A stretch of DNA of 64,000 bases from Haliotis cracherodii. Taxonomy: Eukaryota. The notes under the pieces are model-generated. The model was not told the DNA's origin. It saw nothing but the letters and a program-made list of their open reading frames with translations, and did no database searches. Within the stretch, counting starts at the first letter, position 1. Every line of letters starts with the position of its first letter. The stretch spans positions 37,262,001 through 37,326,000 of the forward strand of contig NW_027266268.1 in assembly GCF_022045235.1 (NCBI RefSeq), given 5' to 3'. This document shows positions 1 to 12,300 of the stretch, in pieces. The position numbers and the translations under genes are program-made.

Positions 1-956
1 GAATGATGGATGGACGATGAATCGTGGACAGATGGATGAATGGAATACAGATCGCTATTTACATTTATTTGAATAATAATAATATTATATTTATGTCAAA
101 AATAAATATGTTAGCACCTGTATATTTTAAATAGAAACAATTGATCCCGATACCAAAATCACCACCATCACCCTGAAAATCAAATTGTTGTTTTCTAATG
201 ACATAACATTGTCTTTTTATCAACGTATGCCCTTTTCCGTGTACTGTACACATTATATTTTGTTTTGCTTCTTTAAGATCGGTAAGTTATTCTTTGTAAA
301 CTTCTAACTTGGCAATATTTAAACGAAATTTCCTTTTACCATATGGCGACATGTTCTTCTTCCGCCGTCTTACCTGTATCAGTCAGTAATTGTGGACGTG
401 GATCGTCTTATCAAGTGTTTTATTTATTAGATCCGCATGTGGCGTTTTCCTCGTGCAATCTGTGACAATGAACAATATGACATGTTGATAAGAGGTTCGC
501 TGTTCTTGAAAGACCACGGCAGCTGTTTTTGTTATTCGCTATTGTGCGAGTATTTCACAGGAAACACAAAACATGAGGAAAATAATAATCAGTTTAATGG
601 TGAAAGGCTTAGCATATATAATTATCTTTTTCTATTCATCTCGACCATCTCCTCATTTCTATCCTCAGAAATTCACCTCAACCCTTTCTACATCTCTACC
701 CCACCACTATCATATCACCTATCTCTACATTACTTCCTCGGAATATCACCGCTTCCGTCTCAACATCACACCCGTCAGACCATCACCCTCCCATCTCTCT
801 ACTCCACCCGTCAGACTGTCAACTCCATCATCTCTACAGCCTCACCCCTATATCCTTATAGCCCTACCCACAGATGCTCCAAATCTGTACATGGGTACAT
901 TCCAAGTCCCTGTGAGCGAACAATAGCACAGCTCACGTTGCTGATTGTAAATAACA

Positions 957-1119
957 GGGGCGGTCGGGTAGCCTAGTGGTTAAAGCGTTCGCTCACCACG
1001 CTGAAGACCCGGGTTCGACCCCGACATGGGTACAATGTGTGAAGCCCATTTCTGCTGTCCCCCGCCGTGATATTGCTGGAATATTTCTAAAAAAACTGCG
1101 TAAAACCAAACTCACTCAC
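957..1119 (+). mobile_element. tRNA-derived SINE family A (~160 bp)
   Basis: A box TAGCCTAGTGG, B box GGTTCGA, tail GCTGGAATATT..GCGTAAAAC(TCAC)n; about 12 copies in window. Confidence 0.85.
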
Positions 1120-1319
1120 GCCAAATCTGTACATTCCACCCTATTAGACGTTCATCCATTCCCGCCCTGACACCAAACCCCTCCAACCATCACCTCTCGC
1201 TTCCCTATACTCCTACACATCTTACCTTCCCATCTGTTTATCAGACCGTCATACATTCTGTGAATAATAAGAAGAAGGAGAAGAAGAAAAAATACCACCC
1301 TAACCTCTCAATCTGTACC

Positions 1320-2770
1320 TCACGAATGGATTTTGAGGTCACTGGAATGTATTGACATCCCCAAGCGACTACTTGTTTTACTCAAGTATTTAATTAATTG
1401 CTGGTCAACTCAACTTGAGATGTATTCGCAGGGGCTGTTGGTGACTTCGGAAGCCATTTCTATTAGAAGAGGAATATTTCAGGGCGATTCTTTCGGTCCT
1501 TTGCTTTTCTGTTTATCACTGAATCCTTTAAGGTTTTTGCTGAGCAAAGAGGAAGGTTATCACCCGGGACCTCCTCAGCACAGATCCCCAACACCCCTCA
1601 CTCACCTCCTTTACATGGATGACCTGGAACTTATTGCCAATGGAGGATCTACACTAAAAAACAGGTTATGCTTGTCGAGTCCTTTTCTAATGCTATCGGC
1701 ATGTCCTTTTGACTCGACAAATGCAACATTCTTCATTTGAAACGTGGCAAGGTAGAAGAGGGAGGATAAGTCAGTTTACTTGGAGGAGGAGTTATTGACC
1801 ATCTCGTGGGAGGTCAGGACTATACGTACTTAGGGATGCAGATTAGGGACAAACTCCAGAATGCCCATATCAAGGAAAACCTTCGGGCAGCGTATAAATA
1901 TAGACTTAAGAAAATCTGGAGTTCAGAGCTGAACGCTCGCAATAAAGTCAAAGCAACAAATACTTATGCTGTGTCGTCCTTTCGTATTATGTTGGTGTTG
2001 TTGATTGGACCAAACAAGAAATTCAGGGTATTGACACCCTCACACGAAGAATCATGTCAGACAATAGATCCCACCAGACTCGCTCTTCCCTCAATCGCTT
2101 ATATTTTACCAATCATTATGGGAGGACGTGGTTTGATTAACGTTGGGGCTCTTCATGATAGAATTGTTTTAGTGCACTTTTGCACACATTTATTTGTCTG
2201 ATGATCATCTTGTGAAGCATGTCAAGACTCATGATGAAAACAAGGCATTCCACAGTTTTCTAAAACGAGTCAAGGATGTGGGACATAATCTCAATGTCAG
2301 TGTTGATTTTGTTGATGGTTCTGTACTGCTGGACGGTACAGAAATGAGTATCAACCAAGCGAAGTGCCATATCAAATCGGTCCGGACTCAAGGAGAGGCT
2401 TTCTGAACGACCACTGCATCGAGTTTATATGCAGTGTGTTGAGAGGGACAGCAACCCTGCAGCGTCCTTCGCTTGGATGAGGTCGTCTAGCCTGAAAAGT
2501 GAAACAGAAGGCTTTATGTTGGCTGCTTAGGACCAGTCACTTCCCACTCGAAACCGCCAATGTCTGATTTTGCATCAATATGTTAATATGAAAAGTAGAT
2601 TATGTAATGAATATAATGAGACTCTCCAACACATTGTCAGCGGTTGCCCAGCTTTGACACAAACACAGTATCTTAAACGACATGATGGGGTGGCTCGATC
2701 ATGTTATTACCATCTTCGCCATGCTTGTGGTTTTGACACAGAGGTCCATCCATGGTACGACCCGAAAAGT
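1320..2770 (+). mobile_element. Decayed R4/Dong-like (RLE-type) non-LTR retrotransposon, RT plus C-terminal zinc knuckle
   Basis: RRGIFQGDSFGPLLF, LTHLLYMDDL, YTYLG, SELNARNKVKATNTYAV, GGRGL, LKSETEGFMLAA*DQSL, RLCNEYNETLQHIVSGC..YLKRHD across several frames with stops and frameshifts. Confidence 0.85.
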
Positions 2771-3814
2771 TCTGTGTACGCTTCCTGGGAGAAGTCCCAT
2801 TCGCTGTCTGGGCTGCGTGTAGAGGGGGCAAGGGCCCTGAGCTGATGAAGTTTAATAGTGACAGGCGTCGCAAGTACGCGGTATGACGAGGGTCTTGTTG
2901 TACCCACATGACCTGTATAACTTCAGGAATGAGCACGTCTTTCTCTGCAGATAAGAGAACGAGTTTGTTTGTTTCAAACTTGCATGTTTTAGACATATGG
3001 TGAAATAATCATGTTGGGTCAGACTTAAGAAAGTTTTCACCCGTATTTGATTGATGCTTAAATGAAGCAACTAAGAATCGGCTATTCCATTGTGATGATA
3101 CAGGTATCATAGTTGTGTTTGAGGTTTGCAGTGTTTCGGGGACTGTTTTCAGCCTACTAACTTTTTGATAACCTCTTATATCTTTTGGTCAAACCCAAGT
3201 GTACTGTTAAATTTCGTTGTCCCTTTACGTTAACAAAATCATCCCTTTGCGCTCCTTTTAGCCGTTCCTGTTGAATTGAAGACGACCGAAGTTCAAATGT
3301 ACTGGTACAAGAAACAGACACGGTTATGTCAACAATTTGAACATGTCTTATTTCCATGTGACATGTCAAATAATGCCATATTTGAGGCCTGAGTGTTAAC
3401 TGACGAAGATCTCTTCAAAAATCCCGCATCAGCACAGTTAACTTTTGACTTGACTCTTATCGATATGTCCATTCTCTTCTACTCTGTACTGGGTTCAAAA
3501 GCTCCATAAGTATCTGTATAAAGAGAGAGATATATTGCTGGGTCCAGTAAATGTACCACTAAATCCCTATAACGAAGGATTCAATGTAATCATTAGCACA
3601 AGCAAGGAAGGACCAGGTGGATTCTTGAAACCTCAAAGGCAGGACATTTTGTAATCTCAGGAAGGAACCAACTTCAATTCTGATTTTCCAACTTCGTACA
3701 CAAGTGTCAAACGACAAACTTTAGGAAAAACGTCATACCTTGATCCACAGGGGATTGGTTAGTAATCGTGGTGACCATAGATAATGTCTGTTGATGTTTA
3801 CTGAGAAAACAAAA

Positions 3815-3983
3815 CAGTAAACTACGTTCATAACGACCATCCGTATAACGAACGGACGGATATTACGAACTGATTTAGGGCCAGTTTGCTGTATATGTGC
3901 TGTATATATGCTTATAATAAACTACGGTTATAACGAATTAAAATTAGTGGTCACTTTGAGTTCGTTGTAACCGTAGTTTACTG
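3815..3983. mobile_element. MITE with CAGTAAACTACG terminal inverted repeats (Tc1/mariner-pogo type)
   Basis: TIR pair, TA flank on the right; 3 copies in window. Confidence 0.75.
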
Positions 3984-4106
3984 TATATTAAATGCTGGAC
4001 TTCCTCGTTGATAAGATCTATGTAAAATGTAGGGATAAGGTAAGAAGTAGGCATCCCCACGTGCACTAACTGTTCTGCCCTTCTGGTCGATCTGTTTTCT
4101 TTATAG

Positions 4107-4270
4107 GGGGGCCTTCGGGTAGCCTAGTGGTTAAAGCGTTCGCTCGTCACGCCGAAGACCCGGGTTCGATTCCCGACATGGGTACAATGTGTGAAGCCCA
4201 TTTCTGCTGTCCCCCGCCGTGATATTGCTGGAATATTGCTAAAGCGGCGTAAAACATGCTCGCTCGCTCG
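4107..4270 (+). mobile_element. SINE family A copy with TSD
   Basis: Full length; ctgttt(t)ctttatagg on both sides. Confidence 0.85.
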
Positions 4271-5389
4271 CTGTTTCTTTATAGGATTTCTGCTTGTATT
4301 GCAAAATCAAAACAAGGGAGATAGGCCAAGAAATTTAACTTAAGCTTCAGGTATAAAGATGATCTGATATCGTACAATAACCATCAAATAGCCAGTTCCC
4401 TTACTCTGATTTAGAAACTGAACTAGAATGGGTGAGACCAGTGACCGCCTCATCTGTTTCCTATCTAAAGATACACAATGACCGACCAAACTCCCCACAA
4501 GACTTTAAGACAAGAGGTATGCCTTCAACTTCCCAGCTCCATTCCGCCCAACACACAAACACACAAATCAATTTGTTGCCCCTAACACTTACAAAAAACA
4601 TTATCCATCATGACCGACAATGGTGTATGAACCCGGTAAATGACATAATACAAGAGATCCAATGTGTTTCTTTCAAAGATAATGGGCTAGATTTATCCTC
4701 ACCCGTAGTTGAATGTTACACTCGACTACCTCATCTGTATGGGAGTGTCAGGGTAACCCAAGTATCCCAACGTTAGTGGCGTCAGCAGCAGCTGGTTAAG
4801 TAACCTCTCTCTTTAAGCAGTGACACGTCAGAGGTTGTCTTTTCAAAAACTAGCAAGCACCTGGCGCATTTAATCATGTTAATCATGTTTTTAATAATGA
4901 AGTTATTTTGTCCCCGCTGTTCTTCACCTATGTAGTGGTGTCTCTCGTTCCCGCGGCAATGTTCATCACTACCTGCATGTCTGTATAGGTTGTGTGTCAC
5001 GATGGGGAGGCTCCCAGGACGCGGATACAGGGGGGGGGTGGGGGGAGAGAGAGTGCGTCTGTGTGTTGTGGGAGGGAGGGGTGGTGGTGTCCAAAAGGTC
5101 AGGAACCCTCCCCCCTCGAACCCACCCATCACCACCCTTTGGAAACCCAAATGTAGTATGTTGTGTTGGCAGTAAAATTATCCGAGAGAAAGTTTTGTCT
5201 CCATTATATTTTGGACCCCTGTCTTGTAAAAATGCTAGATCCGCCCTTTCTAAGTCTCTTCAAACTGGGATTATGCATGACATGGCCAAGTGACAGAAGA
5301 ACAGCATTATCAATCCTGTTGCAAAAATTGTTCACACTTTGAAAATAACGGATCGATAAAACTTCTGATTACCTGAACTAACTTCCTTG

Positions 5390-5590
5390 AGAGGTTTTGA
5401 GAAGTTGGAGTCCTAAGCAAGGATAATACATGTGGATGAACAACTTCTTTATTACAATTTATTACGTTTCGCTGTAGGTTCCAACATAGAAACATCACTT
5501 GCTTGATAACGGTGTTAGAACCTACACCGAAATGTCGCTCTTAATTGTATTAAAGAAGTTGTTCATCCACATATCTTATCCGTACTTACC
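5390..5590. mobile_element. Inverted pair of Penelope-like terminal-repeat fragments with variant hammerhead (5501-5538, +)
   Basis: GC-TTGATAA-C-GGTGT(loop)ACACC-GAAA-TGTC-GC...taaagaagttgttcatcc; inverted partial copy at 5390-5486. Confidence 0.65.
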
Positions 5591-6334
5591 TGAACTAGTT
5601 TGTCAGCTTGTCTGTGCATGTCAATGACCTTTCAAATTGAGCTGAGCACAACTTTGACCACCGTTGCTGTAACGGTTTATATACTGTGAAAATATGACAT
5701 CGATGTTTAGTTTGTCTAAATAGAAAGGGTTTGATAAATGCAGAACTTATAATATTGCCATTAGAAAAGTTCTTTCTGTAGGATCCTTCTTTCCTGGAGA
5801 CGCAATGTACCGTAAGTACCCAAAAAATAATCTTCCCGAGGCAAGAGCGTCCACTAGCCTTTTTATCAAAGTATTGTAGAAACAAGGCCTTGATATAGGC
5901 AAGAGGACGCGCGTGCCTCGGAAAGATGCAAAAAATGGGAACACCCTTTCTCTTCGTATTTGTGACGATATAAGATGAAAATGCTATTTCAACTATGACA
6001 ATTCTTATATACCAGACAATATTTCATTTGTTTTGGACATTTACCAAGCTTAATCTATACCGTTAATTGATCACTTTGGTTTGAATATTTCAAGCAAACA
6101 ATTTCAATTACAGAACAAATTATAAATCATGAAATGTGTTGCAAATGTACATGTTGTTATTTTTGTGGTTTCTGTGTTTATTTAGCGTGATGGCCATTTC
6201 TTTCATTTTTCCAGAAATGAATATTTTCATATCACAGAAAACAGAATAAATGAGTTTTTGAAAATACTTTACTTTTTATTCTCATAATTTCCATATTTCA
6301 AGGATGGTGGCCATATCTTCAGGATATGCTCCAG

Positions 6335-6393
6335 TTATGACGTCAGACTGGCCCAAACGACGACAAACTCGGGTTCGCTAACTTTTCCGTTAT
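6335..6393 (-). CDS. Gene A terminal coding exon
   Basis: gtatttccag|AT-NGKVSEPEFVVVWASLTS-TAA, completes EF4. Confidence 0.85.
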
Positions 6394-9300
6394 CTGGAAA
6401 TACACAGCAATACTGTAGAAGAACTGTAGCCGATCACTACATGAATGCTAATCTTCCACGAAGAAATGTTGTAATGCTGCTGTGATTATTGATCCCGAAT
6501 GCAGGAAACCCAACCTGTTCTGAGATAAAGGGATGGTCTCATGCGATGCCGCTCACTCACACACTCATGACTGAAATTCACTCACAAAAGCACACGTTGC
6601 CGATGTAGGTGAAGGTTAACTGGTTAACTGTCTATAGGTGTGATAATAACATGTACTGCTCGTATGGCGCATTCCACATGCGCCGTCAGTTTAAGGTTGG
6701 GCCGTCCGGGCCAGCGCACCTAGCGGGCTAGTGAAGGGAACATAAATTGAAAAGGATCGCCCATTTCACTCGGTGTGAGTGATTGGAGGATATTTTATGA
6801 CGCATCACGTATCCATGTCAGGCCGCTGAACAGTGAGACGCAGGCACGGTGCTGTTCCCAAGACAACGTTCACACTGAGCGTTCAAAACAACCGACTAGA
6901 TCTACTTATGCCCTAAACACAAGGGGATATCTCAGTGTATCGGGAACATTGTGAGCATTACGTGTAATATTTGCTGACTAAATGGCGTCATATAGTCAGA
7001 GGGGCGATTGGGTAGCCCAGTGGTTATAGCGTTCGCTCGTCACGTTGAAGACCCAGGTTCGATTTCCGACATGGGTACAATGTGTGAAACCCATTTCTGT
7101 TATACCCCGGGTGGGATATTTCTAAAAGCGGCGTAAAACCAAACTCATTCACTAACTCACTCACTCACTCACTCACTCACTCACTCACTCACTCACATAG
7201 TCAGCATTGGCTGAATGTGAGGGTTTGAGTGATAAAGTTTGAGATTAACGCGCTTTGAACTGTATTTCAGCAGTATCATGGCGTGTATACGGGCCATAGA
7301 CGTTTACACTTTGGTAAATCATACGATCACTGATATGGTACTGACAATCCTAGAATTAAGAATCCCAATCACGCGAATTTGGGATTCGAACCAAAATCAT
7401 AGGATCATGATACGCCTTCGTGAAGCACTAACTGCAGAACGAACTGCGGCGCCTTAGATGGGAGGCATTCCATGTCCCTGTGAGCGAGCAATAGCACAGC
7501 TCATGTTGCTGATATAAGGGTAACGCTATTTTTCAGGGCATTATCATTTGCAGAAGCCCGAGGTTTTCCATTAACTGCCCGACGAAGGAGGGCAGTTGAA
7601 AAGACCGAGGGCTTCTGCAAATGATAATGCCCTGAAAAAGAGCGTTACCGTTATTATAGCTAAAATGGATGGAATTTGTTATCAAATAAAAAGAAACAAC
7701 AACCACGGTTTTGAAACATTTACTTCAATCAACACGAATGTCACTGACCACATTTTCAGATATGGAAACGTCATAGAACAAACCAGATGACGTCACTACA
7801 ATTCGTGACGTCATGTTCTCTACCCTATGACGTCACCTAACAACGGGCTTGATAATGGCCCGTCGTCAAGCAATAAGAGGGCATTATCAAGTTACAGTGG
7901 CCCGCTCATTTCTGATAGCGTGCGGGTGGTTTAATGATAATTCTATCCATTTTAGCTATAACTGTAAATAACAGGGGCGGTCAGGTAGCCTAGTGGTTAA
8001 AGCTTTCGCTCGCCACGCCGAAGACCTGGGTTCGATTCCCGACATGGGTACAATGTGTGAAGCCCATTTCTGGTTTCCCCGCCGTGTTATTGCTGGAATA
8101 TTGCTAGAGGCGGCGTAAAAAACATACTCAGTCAGTCAGTGTAAATAGTGTCAGAATCACACCAACCGGACACAATGAGCCCCACCCCATTTAACTTTGT
8201 TTGTTTGTTTGTTTGTTTGTTTGTTTGTTTGTGTGGGTTTTTTGTGTGTTCGTTTGTCTGTGTGTTTGTTGTTTGACGCCGCACTCAGCAGTAGGACAGC
8301 TCAATGACGGCGGTCTGTAAATAATCGAGGCTAGACCAGACAACCCTGTGATTGACATCATGAGCATTGACCTACGCAATTCGGATACAATGGCATGCAT
8401 CAACAAAGTCAGCGAGCCTGACCACACGACCCCGTTAGTCGCCTTTAAAGACAAGCATAGTCGCCTCTTACGGCAAGCATGGGTTGCTGTAGACCTTTTC
8501 TACCCCGGATCTTTACGGGTTGGGGCAGCAAGAACAGTGTGACTTAAGTGTACTTAATTCGTCATAGCTTGGGGAGTTGGTATTCGTTGTGTGCCTCTAT
8601 AACAGTTTATCATAATATCTACCGTCGAGGTCGAAGTAGCTGAAGACCCTGTCCATGTCGGGTGTTCGGGTGATGAAGCCGTTCTGGTCGGTGTCTGCGC
8701 GGTGGAAGAGGTAGACGGCGGCCAGGACGCTGCCGAGATTCCGACTCTGCCAGTGGGCAGTGAACTCCGCCTCCGCGATCGTCCCGTCACCTGGGGATAA
8801 CAGTAACAGTAACAGTAACAATAACAGTAACAGTAACGTATCAAATGAGTACAGGTTATAATATAAGTGAGTGAGTGAGTTTTGTTTAACGTCGCTTTTA
8901 ACAGTATTCCAGTTATATCACGGTGTGTCAGCTTAATGTGGGAGGAAAGCCCGATGTGATGCAGGTCTCAGACGTTTACCACTTCGGTGAAAACCCACGA
9001 AAACGGGTATGGTGCTGACAAACCTAGAACCGGGATTCGAACCCACAATCATAGGTTTCTGGCGTGCCCAAGGGACGCAACTCTGCACAGCACCTTAGAC
9101 GACTGGGCCATCCGTGCCCCCGGTTATAATATAAGTGCAGTGAGTGAGTGAGTTGGATTTAACGCCGCTTTAAACAGAATTAAGTTATATCCCCGCGGGT
9201 GAGCTTGACATGGGATGAAAGTGCACTTTGGACCAACGATCCCAGGTATTAGGCTAGCATACCGAGGTTCATAACTGGATTCAAGCACCGGCAAGCAGAT

Positions 9301-12300
9301 CTGTGCACGGCTATGGGAAGCAACTGCACATCGAATATCAATGAGCCACAAAACTTCACGCTCTTGATCGACCCGGATATGGACGTGATATTCTTGATCC
9401 GGATGTAGGTTTGTATCACTGAGTAAGAAGGATGCTGTAGGTTTGATATCACTTGTCTCCCCGTAACTAGACTTGATATTACTTGTCTCCCCGTAACTAG
9501 ACTTGATATCACTTGCCTCGCCGGAACTAGACTTGATATTACTTGTCTCCCCGGAACTAGACTTGATATTACTTGTCTCCCCGGAACTAGACTTGATATT
9601 ACTTGTCTCCCCGGAACTAGACTTGATATTACTTGTCTCCCCGAAACTAGACTTGATATCACTTGCCTCCCCGAAACTAGACTTGATATCACTTGCCTCC
9701 CCGAAACTAGACTTGATATCACTTGTCTCCCCAGAACTAGACTTGATATCACTTGTCTCCCCAGAACTAGACTCGTTATCACTTGTCTCCCCGAAACTAG
9801 ACTTAATATCAATTGTCTCCCCGGAACTAGACTTGATATTACACAGCCAACCGGAAAAACGCTTGGTTATCAACAAGAAATATAGTACCTTTCATCTGGC
9901 ATTAACACAGTATTTTGTCAAGATCACGTGAACCAATCAGATCCCACCATTCTGACATGGGAGTAAGATAATGTCTCCAGTGCTCACCGTTCCCATCAAA
10001 TGCAGTAAATATGTCAGCGACTTCCAGCTTTGTGAGAAACCCATCTGCTGTCCTGTTCATTTCGGCAAGATGAAACAACTGCCTGGCCTGAGTAGGGTCG
10101 ACGAGGGGGGGACGCTCGGGGTGGCCCATCACCCTGCCGGGGGACAACAACACCCACAGGCTCATTACAACATAATGACAAGCATTTAGGAAATAGTGTC
10201 CAATTCATACATAACATAATGGAAATAGGAACTAAAACCATTAAATGCCTCTACAGAACGTGTTTACTTGAAATACATCACGGATTTGTAGCCACAACGC
10301 TCACCCATTATCGCTAATTTTTAAGCAACGAATCAAGGAACGGTTTGGTTGCAGCGAGAGTGACGTCATCGACGTCTTAGGCCAATGATTGCCGCGTTTA
10401 CTTTGTACAAACGACAATGGTCTCATTGGGTCCGTCTTGTGGCTGCATGTTCTACACATTGCTTCCCTAAATGTGTAGATCGATGCTCATGATGTTAATC
10501 ACTGGATTGTCTGGTGCAGACTCGGAATATTGGAATATTGCTGAGTACGACAAACAAACACCACCGACATATTGCATTAATTTCAGGCAATGGTAGGGTT
10601 CGTACAAAGAGTGAGTGAGTGAGTATGGTTTTACGCCGCTTTTAGCAATATTCCAGCAATATCACGGCGGGGGACACCAGGAATGGTCGTACAAAGAAGC
10701 ATAGTGAAGTTGACTTAGGTGAAACGGGTTTTAACGTTGCATGGATTTCTAAGTACACTGATTCCGAGCCGACCAACTCTTGTTTTATCTGCTTAATGCC
10801 GAGCGCCATCTTGTAACGTCTCTTTGACATGACGTGCCCGGGTATCGAACCACCGACCTGTCGCACTCCTGGTAAATATAACAATATAAGGCCATACAGG
10901 AAGTCTGCTCACCCCAACGTCAAAGCTGAGATGACAACTATACTCAATATCCCGGATAGACTAATCTGAAAGTAGAATGTCATGAATTAAGGTCATAAAT
11001 ATGAGATGGAGTTTTCGGCCCGTGAAGATCCGGGGTAGAGTAAGTCTTCAACAACCCAGGCATGCCCTAAAAGGCGACTATGCTTGTCGTAAGAGGCGAC
11101 TATGCTTGTCGTAAGAGGCTACTATGCTTGTCGTTAGAGGCGACTATGCTTGTCGTATGAGGCGACTAACGGGATCGGGTGGTCAGGCTCGCTGGCTTGG
11201 TTGATACATTTCATGGTATCCCAAATGCGTGGATCGTTGGTCATGATGTCAATCACTGGATTGTCTGAATCTAGACTCGATTATTTACAGACCGCCGTCA
11301 TATAGCTGGAATAGTGCGGTACAAGTACAACAAGTACCATATTTTAATGTGTTTTGGTATGACCTGCCAGGGATCGAACCACCGAACTTGCGCTCTCCTG
11401 GTAGACGCTCTATCCACTAGACCACAGAACCGGTCCCGTAAACACAAGAGATAAACTCATCTCTCGTATTTACATTGTAAGTGTGTGTGTCTGTCTGTGT
11501 CTGTCTGTATGTGTGCGCGTGTGCGTGTATGTGTGCGAAACGAACGTGACTGTTATTATTTTAATTTAGCACTTCATCCTTTATGCGATGAAGCAGTGTG
11601 CTGTCTTCCCTTGTGTAAGATCTCAACAACCTTGCAAACCAAAGTACTGAAATGAACCTGATTGTGCTTATTTCTTTAGTGGACGTTTACTGTATTTGAT
11701 AGCTGAATATGACCAGCGCACCTGTCAGTTTCACATGCCTACTAGAACTTCTGATAACCTGGAATCTACAAACTGAGATAGTCATATCCACACGTGGAAT
11801 ACACCAACATCTCGTCTATCCGAACCCCATTAATCCGAATTAGCGGGGTTTCGTTGTATGTCACAACTATTCGATTCAAAAGCTTTGTATTATTTGGTTG
11901 ACTTCTAGATATTCGAACGAAATGGCTTATCTTTTTATTCGTGAGGTATATACTCACCGCCAAAAGAAATGTGAATACCATACATGTTGGTTAATATATA
12001 AAGACTTACTCATATTGAAGAGATGTTACATGTGCATTGGTTCGATGCTGATGAACGCATCACATGTGACGTTATAGATCCATGACACGAGATCACCATT
12101 TGCCTCGTGCAGGATTAGATTTGGTTTGGAAATCACGTACATCATATCGCGATAAGAATAAAGGCACTCTGTGGTAACACATGACTGATTGTTAGTTATA
12201 TCATTAATTGGTACACATCTCTTCATAACGTACATATTTCTCTACATGTTTCCGTGGTCCGCGTTTCTTTTGGCGGTGAGTGTATTTGTTGACAAACCTT

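Noticed and set aside
65-352. Minus-strand reading frame MSPYGKRKF...
   Set aside because: Internal stop and no recognisable motif; possibly transposon debris
4107-4180. tRNA genes at SINE heads
   Set aside because: A/B boxes present but no intact cloverleaf; each continues into a SINE body with tail and TSD
9124-9931. 250-, 187- and 142-aa repetitive ORFs
   Set aside because: 30-bp intronic minisatellite open on both strands
11953-11981. MVFTFLLA|GTGAGT as signal-peptide exon of gene A
   Set aside because: The apparent donor is the terminal inverted repeat of a MITE, and a better exon exists at 10965-10913
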